Source: Candidatus Caldarchaeum sp.
GTDB taxonomy: Archaea; Thermoproteota; Nitrososphaeria_A; Caldarchaeales; Caldarchaeaceae
Direction of reading: 5' to 3'
Length of the DNA stretch: 64,000 nt
Assembly (NCBI GenBank): GCA_038740895.1
Contig: JAVYLK010000001.1
Coordinates: 175,656-239,655 of the forward strand
Shown here piece after piece: positions 48,205 to 57,508 of this stretch (position 1 is its first letter; each line of letters starts with the position of its first letter). A model generated the notes under the pieces. It was not told where the DNA came from, ran no database searches, and worked only from the letters and a program-made list of their open reading frames with translations. A program made the translations under genes and the position numbers.

Positions 48205-49393
48205 CTGGCTTCAGCTGGCCCTTAGTCTCTTCCAACTGCCTGAGCACGTAGCTGCGAACATTCTTCGGAGGCGGAGTCTCCCTCACCACCCTGCCGTTTT
48301 CTATCAAGGGGGTGAGCAGGGGTCTGGCGTTTGACATGCAGACCGGGCACTTTTCCAACGCGTTCCTCCACGGCGTGACGACGTCGTGGTAATTGACGCA
48401 CCTGTACACCTGTTTACGGCCCGGCAGCTTCCCCCTCTTCGAGAAAGCAACCCCCTCCCGCTCAACTATGTCAAGAGAAAGGTCTACGGAGGGCGGGAAA
48501 GCGATAGACGTCCCGACGCCGAAGCCGTCAACCAGGTCCCTGAGCTCGCTTATCCTACGCTCGTCCAGCCCACCGCTTACAAAAATTTTCACATGCCCGT
48601 AGCCGTTGATGTCAAGAGTCCACCTAACCTCCTCCACTATCCGTCTGATGTTTCCTCTTCTCGAGCTGGGAGTGTCAACCCTAACTCCGTACAGGTCTTT
48701 TCCAAGCGTCTCGGCTGCGAGCAAGGCTTCAAACCTCTCGTCGGAGAAGGTGTCGACTAGAGCTATCCGTGGAACTTCTGGCGGAGCTGCCTTGTGGAAC
48801 AGAAGCCAAGCTTTCGCCGCATCGCCCACCGACAGTATCAACGCGTGGGGCATGGTTCCCATCGGCTGCAGCCCAGCCATCTCGGCACCAACCACTCCAG
48901 AGACCGCATCGCAGCCACCTACGTACGCAGCTCTGTCGACCATGGGGGTTATGGCTGGGTGGACGCATCGGATTCCAAAGAAAAGCACGGGCTTGTCTCC
49001 AGCCGTCAGCTTAACCTGAGCGGCCTTCGTGGCTATGCTCGTTGCGTGGCGCAAGAAGCCCAGGATCGACGGCTCGTAAACGCCGAAATCGCCGTATTTT
49101 CCCTCGACGCTGAGAACGGGCATCATCTCGGTGAACAAGGTCCCCTCCTCGACGGCGTAGACGTTCACGGGAAGGCCTTCCAGCAGCCAGGCAACCTCCT
49201 CCAACCCCGTCAGCACAGCCCAGCCAGCTCCCTCCGGCAGGGAGTAGGAGTGAACCTCGGCGACGACCCCGACGTTGAACTCCTCAGAATGCTCGAGAAC
49301 CGTCTTCGTTCTCCTGAAATAGACGTCGGTGGAGTAGCCGCTCTTTATCATCCCCTCGTCCGCTAGATAAGGCAGAGGCCTTGTCTTCTTCAT
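48188..49393 (-). CDS. pncB: nicotinate phosphoribosyltransferase (archaeal-type NAPRTase)
   Basis: [38 protein letters not shown] and FGVGTS segments as in characterised archaeal NAPRTases. 401 aa. Confidence 0.8.
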   Translation of the reverse strand: MKKTRPLPYLADEGMIKSGYSTDVYFRRTKTVLEHSEEFNVGVVAEVHSYSLPEGAGWAVLTGLEEVAWLLEGLPVNVYAVEEGTLFTEMMPVLSVEGKYGDFGVYEPSILGFLRHATSIATKAAQVKLTAGDKPVLFFGIRCVHPAITPMVDRAAYVGGCDAVSGVVGAEMAGLQPMGTMPHALILSVGDAAKAWLLFHKAAPPEVPRIALVDTFSDERFEALLAAETLGKDLYGVRVDTPSSRRGNIRRIVEEVRWTLDINGYGHVKIFVSGGLDERRISELRDLVDGFGVGTSIAFPPSVDLSLDIVEREGVAFSKRGKLPGRKQVYRCVNYHDVVTPWRNALEKCPVCMSNARPLLTPLIENGRVVRETPPPKNVRSYVLRQLEETKGQLKPAMFRL

Positions 49394-49977
49394 GCTATCT
49401 CAACTAGGTCCGACCGGGTTAGAGTCCCCCGGTAGAGAAACGTTATCTGCCTGAAGGCCGCCTTCAAGTCGAACTCTGTAAGGGCTGAAACGCAGTCTAC
49501 GGGCACGAATATCTTGATCCAGCGGAGGGCGGCGCTTCCAGCCGTGTGGAGGACGCAGATGTTGGCCACGGTCCCGACGACCACGAGGTTCTTGACACCG
49601 TGCATGGAGAGGTAGTGGTCAAAGGCTGTTCCGTAGAACCCGTCGTACCTCAGCTTCTTCACGACGACCTCGCCGGGGAAAGGCTTGAGCTCGTCAACTA
49701 TCTCGGCTCCCCAGGTTCCCTCCAAGGCATGCACCCCCCATATCGAGAACTCAGGGTCATCCTTGCCATGCCAGTCCTGGGTGTAGAAAACCCTAGCCCC
49801 AGACCTTCTAAACTTGTCCAGCAGGCTGCGTATGCGTGGAATCGTCTCAGGTGAGGTGGGGACGAACAGACTGCCCTTAGGGTGGCAGAAGTCGTTCTGC
49901 ATGTCGACGACTACGACCGCCGTGTCAGCTCTGCTGAGCCTCACGGGCACGGCCTCTGGGACGACGAACTCCGCCAT
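49390..49977 (-). CDS. pncA: isochorismatase-family nicotinamidase
   Basis: [17 protein letters not shown] and the catalytic Cys region [17 protein letters not shown]. Start placed at the internal M ([10 protein letters not shown]); the track start is 50067. ATGA-coupled to pncB. Confidence 0.7.
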   Translation of the reverse strand: MAEFVVPEAVPVRLSRADTAVVVVDMQNDFCHPKGSLFVPTSPETIPRIRSLLDKFRRSGARVFYTQDWHGKDDPEFSIWGVHALEGTWGAEIVDELKPFPGEVVVKKLRYDGFYGTAFDHYLSMHGVKNLVVVGTVANICVLHTAGSAALRWIKIFVPVDCVSALTEFDLKAAFRQITFLYRGTLTRSDLVEIA

Positions 49978-50034
49978 ACCGGGCTGGATGTATGACAATC
50001 TAAAATAATAAGGTTCGTCTCTGGAACAGGCGGC

Positions 50035-51375
50035 ATGGAAGACGTTCTGGCAAGAGTCAACGACCAAGTGTCCGCTGAGAGGAAGTACTTGATGTCGACG
50101 CTCTCAGACTTCATATCCATCCGCAGCGTCTCAGCCAGGATGGAGGGATTGACCGAATCCGTAGCATATCTTGAGAAGCTTCTCGAGGAACATGGGTTCA
50201 CGGTCTCAGTCCTTGACACGAAGACCGGCAGGCCTGCGGTTTACGCCGAGCTGGGGGGAGGGAGTAAGTCTCTACTGCTTTACAACCACTACGACGTGCA
50301 GCCACCCGAACCTCTGGAAGAATGGAAGACAGACGCTTTCAAACTCGTTGAGAGGGATGGGCTGCTGTACGGAAGGGGTGTGGCGGACAACAAGGCTGAG
50401 ATAATCGCTAGGCTTGGGGCTGTAAGGGTCGTTGAGAAGGTTTTGGGTGAGACGCCCATAAAAATCAAGTGGTTGATCGAGGGTGAGGAGGAGGTGGGAA
50501 GCCCCTCCATCCAGGAGCTTGTGGGGCAAAACCTTCACCGCTTCAGGGACGTAGTCGGATGCATGTGGGAGGGAGGAGAGGTGGTTGACGACGTCCCACA
50601 CTTCTACCTGGGTGTGAAGGGAATGCTTTACGTCGAGCTCAGGGTGAGGACCAGCGAGTCCGACGCCCACTCTATGTACGCCCCTGTCATCGAGAACGCC
50701 GCCGAGAAGCTCGCCAGGATTGTTTTGAACCTTAAAGACAAGAACAGCCGGATAACTGTTCCAGGGTTCTACGACGACGTGGCGAAGCCCACGAAGCTTG
50801 AGAGGCTCATGATGGCCCGTGCGAGAGCATCGCCGGCAAGGCTAGCTAATGCGCTGGGGGTGAAGAAGCTCACCGCCCGAAGGGATGAAGTAGTCGAGAG
50901 GCTTGTTTTCCAGCCGACCTGCAACATAGCAGGGTTCCTGTCAGGCTACACGGGCCCTGGCTCCAAGACCATCACGCCGTCGACAGCCTCAGTCAAGATA
51001 GATTTCAGGCTTGTCCCAAACCAAGACCCTGACAAGATTCTGAAGAGCTTGAAGAAAATTTTGCCGGATGTCGACATAATCGTCCACTCCAAAGCTCATC
51101 CTGCTAGAACAAGCCCCGACGAGCCTTTAGTCAAGGCAGCCCTGAAGGCGGCGGAGAAAGTTTACGGCAGGAAGCCTGTCCTTCTGCCCAACATGTTCGG
51201 GACAGGCCCCCTGCACCACTTCACGAAAGCCGGAATACCGACCGCGATGTTGTCGTCTCTAGCTCATCCGGGGTCGAGGCTGCATGCACCCAACGAGAAC
51301 ATCTACTTGAGCCACTTCCTCAAGTCAGTTGCCCACCACTCACTAGTCTTCATAGAAGCTGGCGGGCAAGCTTGA
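50035..51375 (+). CDS. M20 family metallopeptidase (ArgE/DapE/CPG2-like)
   Basis: LLLYNHYDVQP (metal-binding His-x-Asp), GRGVADNKA and IEGEEEVGS motifs. 446 aa. Confidence 0.8.
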   Translation: MEDVLARVNDQVSAERKYLMSTLSDFISIRSVSARMEGLTESVAYLEKLLEEHGFTVSVLDTKTGRPAVYAELGGGSKSLLLYNHYDVQPPEPLEEWKTDAFKLVERDGLLYGRGVADNKAEIIARLGAVRVVEKVLGETPIKIKWLIEGEEEVGSPSIQELVGQNLHRFRDVVGCMWEGGEVVDDVPHFYLGVKGMLYVELRVRTSESDAHSMYAPVIENAAEKLARIVLNLKDKNSRITVPGFYDDVAKPTKLERLMMARARASPARLANALGVKKLTARRDEVVERLVFQPTCNIAGFLSGYTGPGSKTITPSTASVKIDFRLVPNQDPDKILKSLKKILPDVDIIVHSKAHPARTSPDEPLVKAALKAAEKVYGRKPVLLPNMFGTGPLHHFTKAGIPTAMLSSLAHPGSRLHAPNENIYLSHFLKSVAHHSLVFIEAGGQA

Positions 51376-52489
51376 CCGCTAAGACAGGATGCGACAGAAG
51401 CTTCCTAGCCGCACGGCCTAGGTCAAGCCCGTTGGCAAGGTCGAGGATGTCGTCCGCCTGGAAGACCTTGGCAAGAGTGTCCAAGTCCTCGTCCGAGAGC
51501 TTCTCGACAGCCCTCATGGCCTTAAGGCTCTTGTTTATCCGTGTCAGCCAGTTTTCATACAGCTTGTAGAACTGAGAGAGCCGCTGCTTAGAAACATTCC
51601 CTTCTTTAACGGCTTCAGCCGCAACACGGCCAGCGGCAAGGCCCGCAGAGACCGACGAATGAATTCCAGCCCCCGTAAGCGGGATGACGTGGCCGGCGGC
51701 GTCGCCTACGAGCATGGCTCCGTCGAAAACACTCTCCGAGATCACGCCGCCGATGGGCACGGGTGCCCCTCTGTAGTCTATTATCCTACCCCCACCCAGC
51801 TCTTCGCTAAACTTTTTGACGAAAGCGTCGAGGTACTCTTTTGCCACTCCGCCCCTGACGCCTATCCCGACCTCTGCCAGTTTCTCGCTTCGCGGGAATA
51901 TCCATGCATAGCCTCCCGGGGCCAGTTTGTTTCCTAGGTAGAAGCGCACGGCGTCGGGGTGTCGGAGCCTGCAGTTGGCCATGATGTACTGCACCGTGGG
52001 TATCGGCTCGGGCCTCTCAACCACTCCAAGACTCCTAGCTACGGTCGAGTTGTAGCCGTCGGCGCCGATCACAACCTTAGCCTTGTAAGTATCCCGGTTC
52101 GTTTTGACAACCATGGTCGAGTCCTCCCTCTTGACTCCCGAGACCTCCTCCCTTACATGGATGTCGGCGCCGAACTCAGCGGCCTGAGCAGCTATCTCCT
52201 GAATGAACAGCGACTTGTTGATGTTGTAGCCGATCTGGGGAATCTTCACCTCGATTAAGCTGGGCGAGTACACCAAGGCGTAGGCTTCATGCATGACGAT
52301 GCGTGGAGAAGGTCTGACTCCAGCGGTAGCCAGAGTCTCCTTGCTCACAGCCTCGCCGCAAGGCTTGTTAGCCATAATCGTAGGATACTTCTCCAGCAGA
52401 AGAACGTCGACATCCCCCGCGGCAGCAGCCTTGGCTGCAGAGACACCAGCCGGGCCGCCGCCGACAACAACGACGTCGTGCTCCTCCAT
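51350..52489 (-). CDS. geranylgeranyl reductase (digeranylgeranylglycerophospholipid reductase, FAD-dependent)
   Basis: FAD motif HDVVVVGGGPAGVSAAKAAA and GGR-family pattern VIGADGYNSTVAR. 379 aa. Confidence 0.8.
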   Translation of the reverse strand: MEEHDVVVVGGGPAGVSAAKAAAAGDVDVLLLEKYPTIMANKPCGEAVSKETLATAGVRPSPRIVMHEAYALVYSPSLIEVKIPQIGYNINKSLFIQEIAAQAAEFGADIHVREEVSGVKREDSTMVVKTNRDTYKAKVVIGADGYNSTVARSLGVVERPEPIPTVQYIMANCRLRHPDAVRFYLGNKLAPGGYAWIFPRSEKLAEVGIGVRGGVAKEYLDAFVKKFSEELGGGRIIDYRGAPVPIGGVISESVFDGAMLVGDAAGHVIPLTGAGIHSSVSAGLAAGRVAAEAVKEGNVSKQRLSQFYKLYENWLTRINKSLKAMRAVEKLSDEDLDTLAKVFQADDILDLANGLDLGRAARKLLSHPVLAVKLARQLL

Positions 52490-52504
52490 GCCTGCATCTG
52501 GATG

Positions 52505-52570
52505 ACTAGGTTATTTAAAGATTGTCTAAAAACGCCCCCACCATCAGAAACCGACGACGATGTTTAAATC
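52505..52570. promoter_or_regulatory. divergent promoter region: TATA-like GTTATTTAAAG for the GGR gene (minus) and TGTTTAAATC about 30 nt upstream of the rps4 ATG
   Basis: Two AT-rich TATA-like boxes at appropriate spacing from the two divergent start codons in a 106-bp intergenic region. Confidence 0.4.
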
Positions 52571-52595
52571 ATGGTTGTCCCGGGTTTGTTGAAGA

Positions 52596-53093
52596 ATGGG
52601 AGACCCTAAGAGGATTAAGAAGAAGTACGAAACTCCGGGGCATCCTTGGAGGAAGGAGAGGCTTGACGAGGAGCTGAAGCTCATGGGCGATTACGGGCTG
52701 AGGAACAAGAGGGAGATTTGGCGTGCTTCCAGCCAGCTGAGGAAATACCGCTCCATGGCCAGGTCTCTCTACACAGCCGTCGGCCAGCGGAGGGCTGAGG
52801 AGGAGGCTAAGCTGATGGGGCGGCTTTACAGGCTGGGTCTTCTTCCCCAGCAAGCCACCCTCGACGACGTTCTCCGTCTCAGCGTCAGAGACCTGCTCGA
52901 AAGAAGGTTGCAGACAATAGTGTACAGGCTCGGCCTCGCGAAGACCGTCTACCAAGCAAGGCAGCTTATAGCCCATGGCAAAGTGTTCGTAGGAGAACGA
53001 AAAGTTAAGGCACCCAGCTACCAAGTCCTGCGTGGAGAGGAGGAGTCGATCAGGCTCTCCACGCCAGCCACGCCCAAAGCCTCGGGTGAGTGA
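52596..53093 (+). CDS. rps4: 30S ribosomal protein S4 (uS4)
   Basis: [18 protein letters not shown]...RELWRA-like N-terminus and S4 RNA-binding domain [37 protein letters not shown]. Confidence 0.9.
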   Translation: MGDPKRIKKKYETPGHPWRKERLDEELKLMGDYGLRNKREIWRASSQLRKYRSMARSLYTAVGQRRAEEEAKLMGRLYRLGLLPQQATLDDVLRLSVRDLLERRLQTIVYRLGLAKTVYQARQLIAHGKVFVGERKVKAPSYQVLRGEEESIRLSTPATPKASGE

Positions 53094-53521
53094 GCATGGA
53101 AACCTCTGAGCAAAAACAGCCTGCGGAGCAGAGGACCCAGCTCCGGTGGGGTGTGGTCCACATCTACTCATCGTACAACAACATCATCGTCCACCTAACC
53201 GACTTGACGGGCGGCGAAACAATAGCTAGAGCTTCCGGAGGGATGTTCGTCGACGCCGGCAGGCTTGAGCCTACGCCTTATGCAGGGATGAGGGCTGCGA
53301 TGTTTGTCATGGAGCAGGCCAAGGCAGCTGGAATCAACGCCGTCCACATCCTCGTAAGAGCTCCTGGAGGCGTCAAGTCTAGGACCCCTGGGCCGGCGAC
53401 GCAGGCGGCCATAAGAACCATCGCAAGGTCCGGGCTAGCCATAGGCCGCATCGAGGACGTCACACCCATACCGCATGATAGCGTGAGGAAGAAGGGCGGC
53501 AGACGAGGAAGAAGAGTGTAG
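53090..53521 (+). CDS. rps11: 30S ribosomal protein S11 (uS11)
   Basis: [31 protein letters not shown]...[30 protein letters not shown]-coupled to rps4. Confidence 0.9.
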   Translation: MSMETSEQKQPAEQRTQLRWGVVHIYSSYNNIIVHLTDLTGGETIARASGGMFVDAGRLEPTPYAGMRAAMFVMEQAKAAGINAVHILVRAPGGVKSRTPGPATQAAIRTIARSGLAIGRIEDVTPIPHDSVRKKGGRRGRRV

Positions 53522-53569
53522 GAGAAGCTTGTTTATTTACCTCGGCCGATTCGTGTCCTTGGTGGTTGT

Positions 53570-54028
53570 TTGAGCATAAGGCAGGCCGACATCTCGGGAA
53601 AGTCTGCGGCGAGACGTGTGGCATGGGCCGTCGGCAGGATAAAGCTCAGACCTGAAACCATCAACCGGATTAGGCAGTCCTCGACCGAGAAGGGCGACGC
53701 TCTGCAGCTAGCCCGTGTTGGAGGGGTGATAGGGGCTAAGCAAACTCCTGTTTTATTGCCTCTATGCCATCCGTTGAAGCTGGAGCACGTGGAGGTCTCG
53801 GAGACGGTTGGCGAGGATTTTGTGGAAATCGCTGTGAAGGTCGTGGCTCATGAGAAGACAGGCGTTGAGATGGAAGCTCTCACAGCCGTGGCGGCGGCTC
53901 TCCTCAACGTATGGGACGTTGTCAAGCAGTACGAGAAGGATGCTGAAGGTCAGTATCCGACGACAGAGATATACGGCGTCCGAGTCGTGTCCAAGGTGAA
54001 GTCCGTTGAAGCCCCATCAACACCATAG
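53570..54028 (+). CDS. moaC: cyclic pyranopterin monophosphate synthase accessory protein MoaC
   Basis: KGDALQLARVGGVIGAKQTPVLLPLCHPLKLEHVEV, the MoaC signature. Confidence 0.85.
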   Translation: MSIRQADISGKSAARRVAWAVGRIKLRPETINRIRQSSTEKGDALQLARVGGVIGAKQTPVLLPLCHPLKLEHVEVSETVGEDFVEIAVKVVAHEKTGVEMEALTAVAAALLNVWDVVKQYEKDAEGQYPTTEIYGVRVVSKVKSVEAPSTP

Positions 54029-54533
54029 GAGCAAGAGCCCCGAGAAACTCAGAATAGCCGTCCTGACAGCCAGCAGCTCGAGGTACTACAAGAACGTCGC
54101 CGGAGAAACCTACACGGACGAGTCGGGCATGAAGGCTGTCGAGATGCTTTCTAAGCTGGGGCATGAAGTCGAGTACTTGGGGGTCGTCAACGACGATGTC
54201 TGGATGATCCGTACAGCAGTCGTCAAAGCTCTGGATGAACCTTTTGACGCGGTAGTAGTAACAGGTGGGACGGGTGTATCTCCCAGAGATGTGACCGTGG
54301 AGGCACTGAAGCCTTTGCTCGACAAGGAGCTGGAGGGGTGGGGTGAGATTTTCAGGCTCGAGAGCTTCAAGACCGTTGGCGCGGCGGCAGCTCTGTCTAG
54401 GACTTTCGCCGGAGTAGCTAGGGGCAAGCTTGTGATGGCTCTCCCTGGGTCTCCCGAGGCCGTTGAGTTGGCGCTGGAGCTTTTCGGAGGAGAGATGCCT
54501 CACGTGGTTCACATAGCTCGGGGAGGATCCTGA
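54006..54533 (+). CDS. moaB: molybdopterin adenylyltransferase MoaB/MogA family
   Basis: LRIAVLTASSSR...VVVTGGTGVSPRDVT, MogA/MoaB fold. 175 aa. Confidence 0.75.
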   Translation: MKPHQHHRSKSPEKLRIAVLTASSSRYYKNVAGETYTDESGMKAVEMLSKLGHEVEYLGVVNDDVWMIRTAVVKALDEPFDAVVVTGGTGVSPRDVTVEALKPLLDKELEGWGEIFRLESFKTVGAAAALSRTFAGVARGKLVMALPGSPEAVELALELFGGEMPHVVHIARGGS

Positions 54534-55309
54534 TGAGGATAGTTGTGGTAGGGTCCGGCAGCATAGTGCCTTCGCCTGAAAGATTTGGAAGCGGGCTACT
54601 TATCGAGACAGGGTCGCTCAGGATCGGGGTTGACCCCGGGCCAGGGTACTTGGAGAAGCTGAGACGTCTCCGCGTCTCTCCGAAGAGCCTCCTAGCCTGC
54701 TTCATCACCCACTTCCACCTAGACCATGTGGCGGACCTGCTTCCGCTATTGATGCTGTGGGCTTACGACCAAGACGGAAAGCCCAGCACCTCCCCCGGAA
54801 AACTAAACCTAGTGGGGCCGGCGGGTCTCTCCCAACTCGTGCACACCATAGCCGAGGAGACGTTCCCGTACTTGAGCAGAACTATGGGCTGCAATAGGTA
54901 CACAACAACAGCCGAGCTGAGGAACGGCGGGGTGTGGGAGTCTAAGGGGCTCAGAGCTGTTGCGGCTGAAGTCGAGCACTTCAACGGGCTGGCCTACCGC
55001 TTCGAGGCCGAGCATCGATCCGTGGTGTTCTCCGGCGACACCACTCCAGACGAAAGGCTCGTCAAACTGGCCAAGGGATGCGACGTTTTGATCCATGAAT
55101 GCAGCTTCCCCGAGGAGGTAATGCTCGGCAAGCACACCTCCGAAAAACAGCTAGCCAAGCTAGTTGAGACGATAAGGCCTAGAACAATCGTGGCGACGCA
55201 TCTGTACCCTGCGTGGGAGGGGGCTGAGAAACGCCTCGAGACAGCTCTCAAGGGATGTGGAGCAGAAAACATCGTAGTAGCTAGGGACATGACCGTCATA
55301 GAGATATAA
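54533..55309 (+). CDS. MBL-fold metallo-hydrolase (RNase Z-like)
   Basis: HFHLDHVADL (HxHxDH) and downstream His/Asp ligands. 258 aa. Confidence 0.65.
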   Translation: MRIVVVGSGSIVPSPERFGSGLLIETGSLRIGVDPGPGYLEKLRRLRVSPKSLLACFITHFHLDHVADLLPLLMLWAYDQDGKPSTSPGKLNLVGPAGLSQLVHTIAEETFPYLSRTMGCNRYTTTAELRNGGVWESKGLRAVAAEVEHFNGLAYRFEAEHRSVVFSGDTTPDERLVKLAKGCDVLIHECSFPEEVMLGKHTSEKQLAKLVETIRPRTIVATHLYPAWEGAEKRLETALKGCGAENIVVARDMTVIEI

Positions 55310-55332
55310 ATAAGGCTTCAACACAACCATCG

Positions 55333-55851
55333 ATGATACTGTCCGACTTCGACCTGTGGAACTACATAAAAAGCGGCAGGATCAGGATACAGCCTTTCGA
55401 CGAAGACGTGGTGAGGGAGAACGGGCTTGACCTCAGGATAGGGCGTCAAGTAGCCCGGTTCAACAAAAACAACCAGGTCTTCGACACTAGAAACTCTTCT
55501 GCCAGCGACTTCTACCACTTCGAGGAAGGCGACTCGTTCGTCGTAAACCCCAAAGAGCACGTCCTCCTCCACACGCTAGAGTACCTAGCACTCCCCAAGG
55601 ACCTGATGGGGTTCGTCAACCTCCGGAGCAGCTACGCAAGGATAGGGTTGACGATTCCTCCAACGATAATAGACGCAAATTTCGAGGGGGAGCTCACCAT
55701 AGAGATAGTGGGCGGAGACTTCCCCGTACGACTATACAGCGGGGACAGGTTCCTGCACGTCGTCTTCGCAAGGCTTTCGTCCATCGTCGAGAAACCATAC
55801 AGCGGCAAGTACCAGGGACAAAGGGGTGTGAGGCTCCCCAGCTTCAGGTGA
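55333..55851 (+). CDS. dcd: dCTP deaminase (dUTPase superfamily)
   Basis: MILSDFDLWNYIKSGRIRIQPF...ENGLDLRIG and GFVNLRSSYARIGL. 172 aa. Confidence 0.8.
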   Translation: MILSDFDLWNYIKSGRIRIQPFDEDVVRENGLDLRIGRQVARFNKNNQVFDTRNSSASDFYHFEEGDSFVVNPKEHVLLHTLEYLALPKDLMGFVNLRSSYARIGLTIPPTIIDANFEGELTIEIVGGDFPVRLYSGDRFLHVVFARLSSIVEKPYSGKYQGQRGVRLPSFR

Positions 55852-56128
55852 TCCCTCCTGCGATGGGGGGAAGTATGACCACTACGTCTCCCTCCTTCAG
55901 CGGAGTTGTTTTCCAGAGTAAACGATCCAAGGTTTCGCCGTTGACCGCTAGAGCGTAGCCAGGTCTCAGAGAAGACCCCTCGAAAGCTTCCTTCAGCTTG
56001 TCGCCGTACAGCCGCCTAACTAGTTGGATGAAGTCCTCGACAGTCGAGCTTTCGTCCATCTCGAAAACTTCAGAGCCCCTTCCCAGCCTCTCACGTATGA
56101 ATGCAAAGTACTTTGTCGAGATCCTCAT
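55844..56128 (-). CDS. moaD: MoaD/ThiS-like beta-grasp sulfur-carrier protein with a 2-residue extension after the Gly-Gly
   Basis: MRISTKYFAFIRERLG...VNGE...GDVVVILPPIAGG-IT. ATGA-coupled to moaE. Start placed at the second M; the track start is 56143. Confidence 0.65.
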   Translation of the reverse strand: MRISTKYFAFIRERLGRGSEVFEMDESSTVEDFIQLVRRLYGDKLKEAFEGSSLRPGYALAVNGETLDRLLWKTTPLKEGDVVVILPPIAGGIT

Positions 56129-56565
56129 GCTCCCTCGATCCATGAAGAGCTACCGTCGACGTAGACTTCTTTCTTGAAGAGAGCAGGCTCTCTCTTGTAG
56201 CGTTCGACAGCCCTCCTAAGACCGGCGAAGACCTCCACCCTACCCTCTCCAGCGGCTGCAACCACCACCACCGGCTCTCCCAGCTTGAATTCGCCGACTA
56301 GATGCCAAACTCCGACGAAAGCCAGTCCGTACTCGGCTCTCACCTCCTCACATATCCTGTTGAGGGCCTTGTCAGCATGCTCCCTGTACGATTCCATCAG
56401 AAGCATCTCAACATCGACAGGCCCACGCCCGCGTTTCTTTACGACGCCCACGAAGAAAGCACACGCTCCACAGGAGCCGTCGGACACAAGACCCAGAACG
56501 TCCTTCATCAACGACCCCAAGTCAAGCTCATCCTTCAAATAGACCCCCGGCCCAGGAACTTTCAT
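56125..56565 (-). CDS. moaE: molybdopterin synthase catalytic subunit MoaE
   Basis: FFVGVVKKRGRGPVDVEMLLMESYREHADKALNRICEE...GEPVVVVAAAGEGRVEVFAGLRRAVERYKREPALFKKE, the MoaE pattern. Confidence 0.8.
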   Translation of the reverse strand: MKVPGPGVYLKDELDLGSLMKDVLGLVSDGSCGACAFFVGVVKKRGRGPVDVEMLLMESYREHADKALNRICEEVRAEYGLAFVGVWHLVGEFKLGEPVVVVAAAGEGRVEVFAGLRRAVERYKREPALFKKEVYVDGSSSWIEGA

Positions 56566-56771
56566 CTTTCTACAAGCGTGCGATCTGTTTTATTTGTTTT
56601 TCGTGGCCAATTTTTCAACCACCCAGCTTCGACGTACGTCGTCGTATTTTTGCGGTAAAAAAATTAGTTGCACGACAAAAAATGGTGATTTTTTTGAGGA
56701 CGCATGACGACGTATGAAATGATTTATATGTTATTATTTTAAGCACATCTGCGAGGTTCGTAGAAAAGAAA

Positions 56772-57149
56772 ATGCTCCAGAGTAGAACGGTGCATAAGCA
56801 GATCGTCGGGAAGCACGTCTTCGGAAACCTGTACGGGTGTTCAGCGGAAGTGCTTAGGGACCAGAAGCTTCTGCGTCAGGTCGTCCTAGATGCTGTGAAT
56901 CTGTCCAAGATGACGCTGGTGTCTCTGAGGTCCTGGAGGTTTGGAGGAGAAAAGGGAGGGGTGTCCGTGATAGCTCTGGTTAAGGAGAGCCACATAGCCG
57001 TCCACACGTGGCAGCAGTACAGATATGCTACGGTAGACATATACACCTGTGGAGAGCACAGCGACCCCGATAAAGGGTTTGATTACGTTGTTAACCGGCT
57101 GTGTCCAGAAAAAGTTGTCAAGCATGTCGCGGACAGGTCTTCCGAGTAA
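56772..57149 (+). CDS. speH: pyruvoyl-dependent S-adenosylmethionine decarboxylase proenzyme (SpeH/AdoMetDC; or its arginine-decarboxylase paralog)
   Basis: HVFGNLYGC...VIALVKESHIAVHTWQQYRYATVDIYTCG, with the self-cleavage ES motif in ESHIA. Confidence 0.8.
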   Translation: MLQSRTVHKQIVGKHVFGNLYGCSAEVLRDQKLLRQVVLDAVNLSKMTLVSLRSWRFGGEKGGVSVIALVKESHIAVHTWQQYRYATVDIYTCGEHSDPDKGFDYVVNRLCPEKVVKHVADRSSE

Positions 57150-57150
57150 A

Positions 57151-57508
57151 CCTTTTAACTTTTAACTCGATGCTTTAGCTTTCCCATTTTTTCCTGTTTT
57201 ATTTTTCGAACAATCACAAGCCCGCAGCCCAACCAGCTAAACTCAACACCTGTTGAGCTATTCATCCATCTGTCCGATACCTCCCCCGATTAGCCTAACT
57301 CGACGTGGTTTAAACTCCTCTACGGGTACTAAGGCTGGGTATGGGGACTCATCTGCTGGGCTAATTCAAACAGCCTTGAGTTGCTGCAGCCGGTTTATCG
57401 CAACGATGGTTTGATTGCAGTTTGAGTTGTTTTAGGCGTCGGCTATATAAATTGTTCGATTTTTCGAACAACACGGACAGGCCGGTGGACGAGTTAAAAG
57501 TTAAAAGG
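57151..57508. mobile_element. MITE-like non-coding element: 358 bp bounded by perfect 19-bp terminal inverted repeats (CCTTTTAACTTTTAACTCG / CGAGTTAAAAGTTAAAAGG) and flanked by a TAAA direct duplication
   Basis: Left TIR 57151-57169 and right TIR 57490-57508 are exact reverse complements. TAAA at 57147-57150 and at 57509-57512. Interior is AT-richer than the genome and has no ORF of 60 aa or more. A subterminal direct repeat ATTTTTCGAACAA (about 57209 and about 57459) and a strong TATATAAA (about 57445) are present. Confidence 0.55.

Noticed and set aside
56683-56718. 11-codon mini-ORF (MVIFLRTHDDV) in the moaE-speH spacer
   Set aside because: Too short and it overlaps the palindromic operator-like motif; more likely fortuitous.
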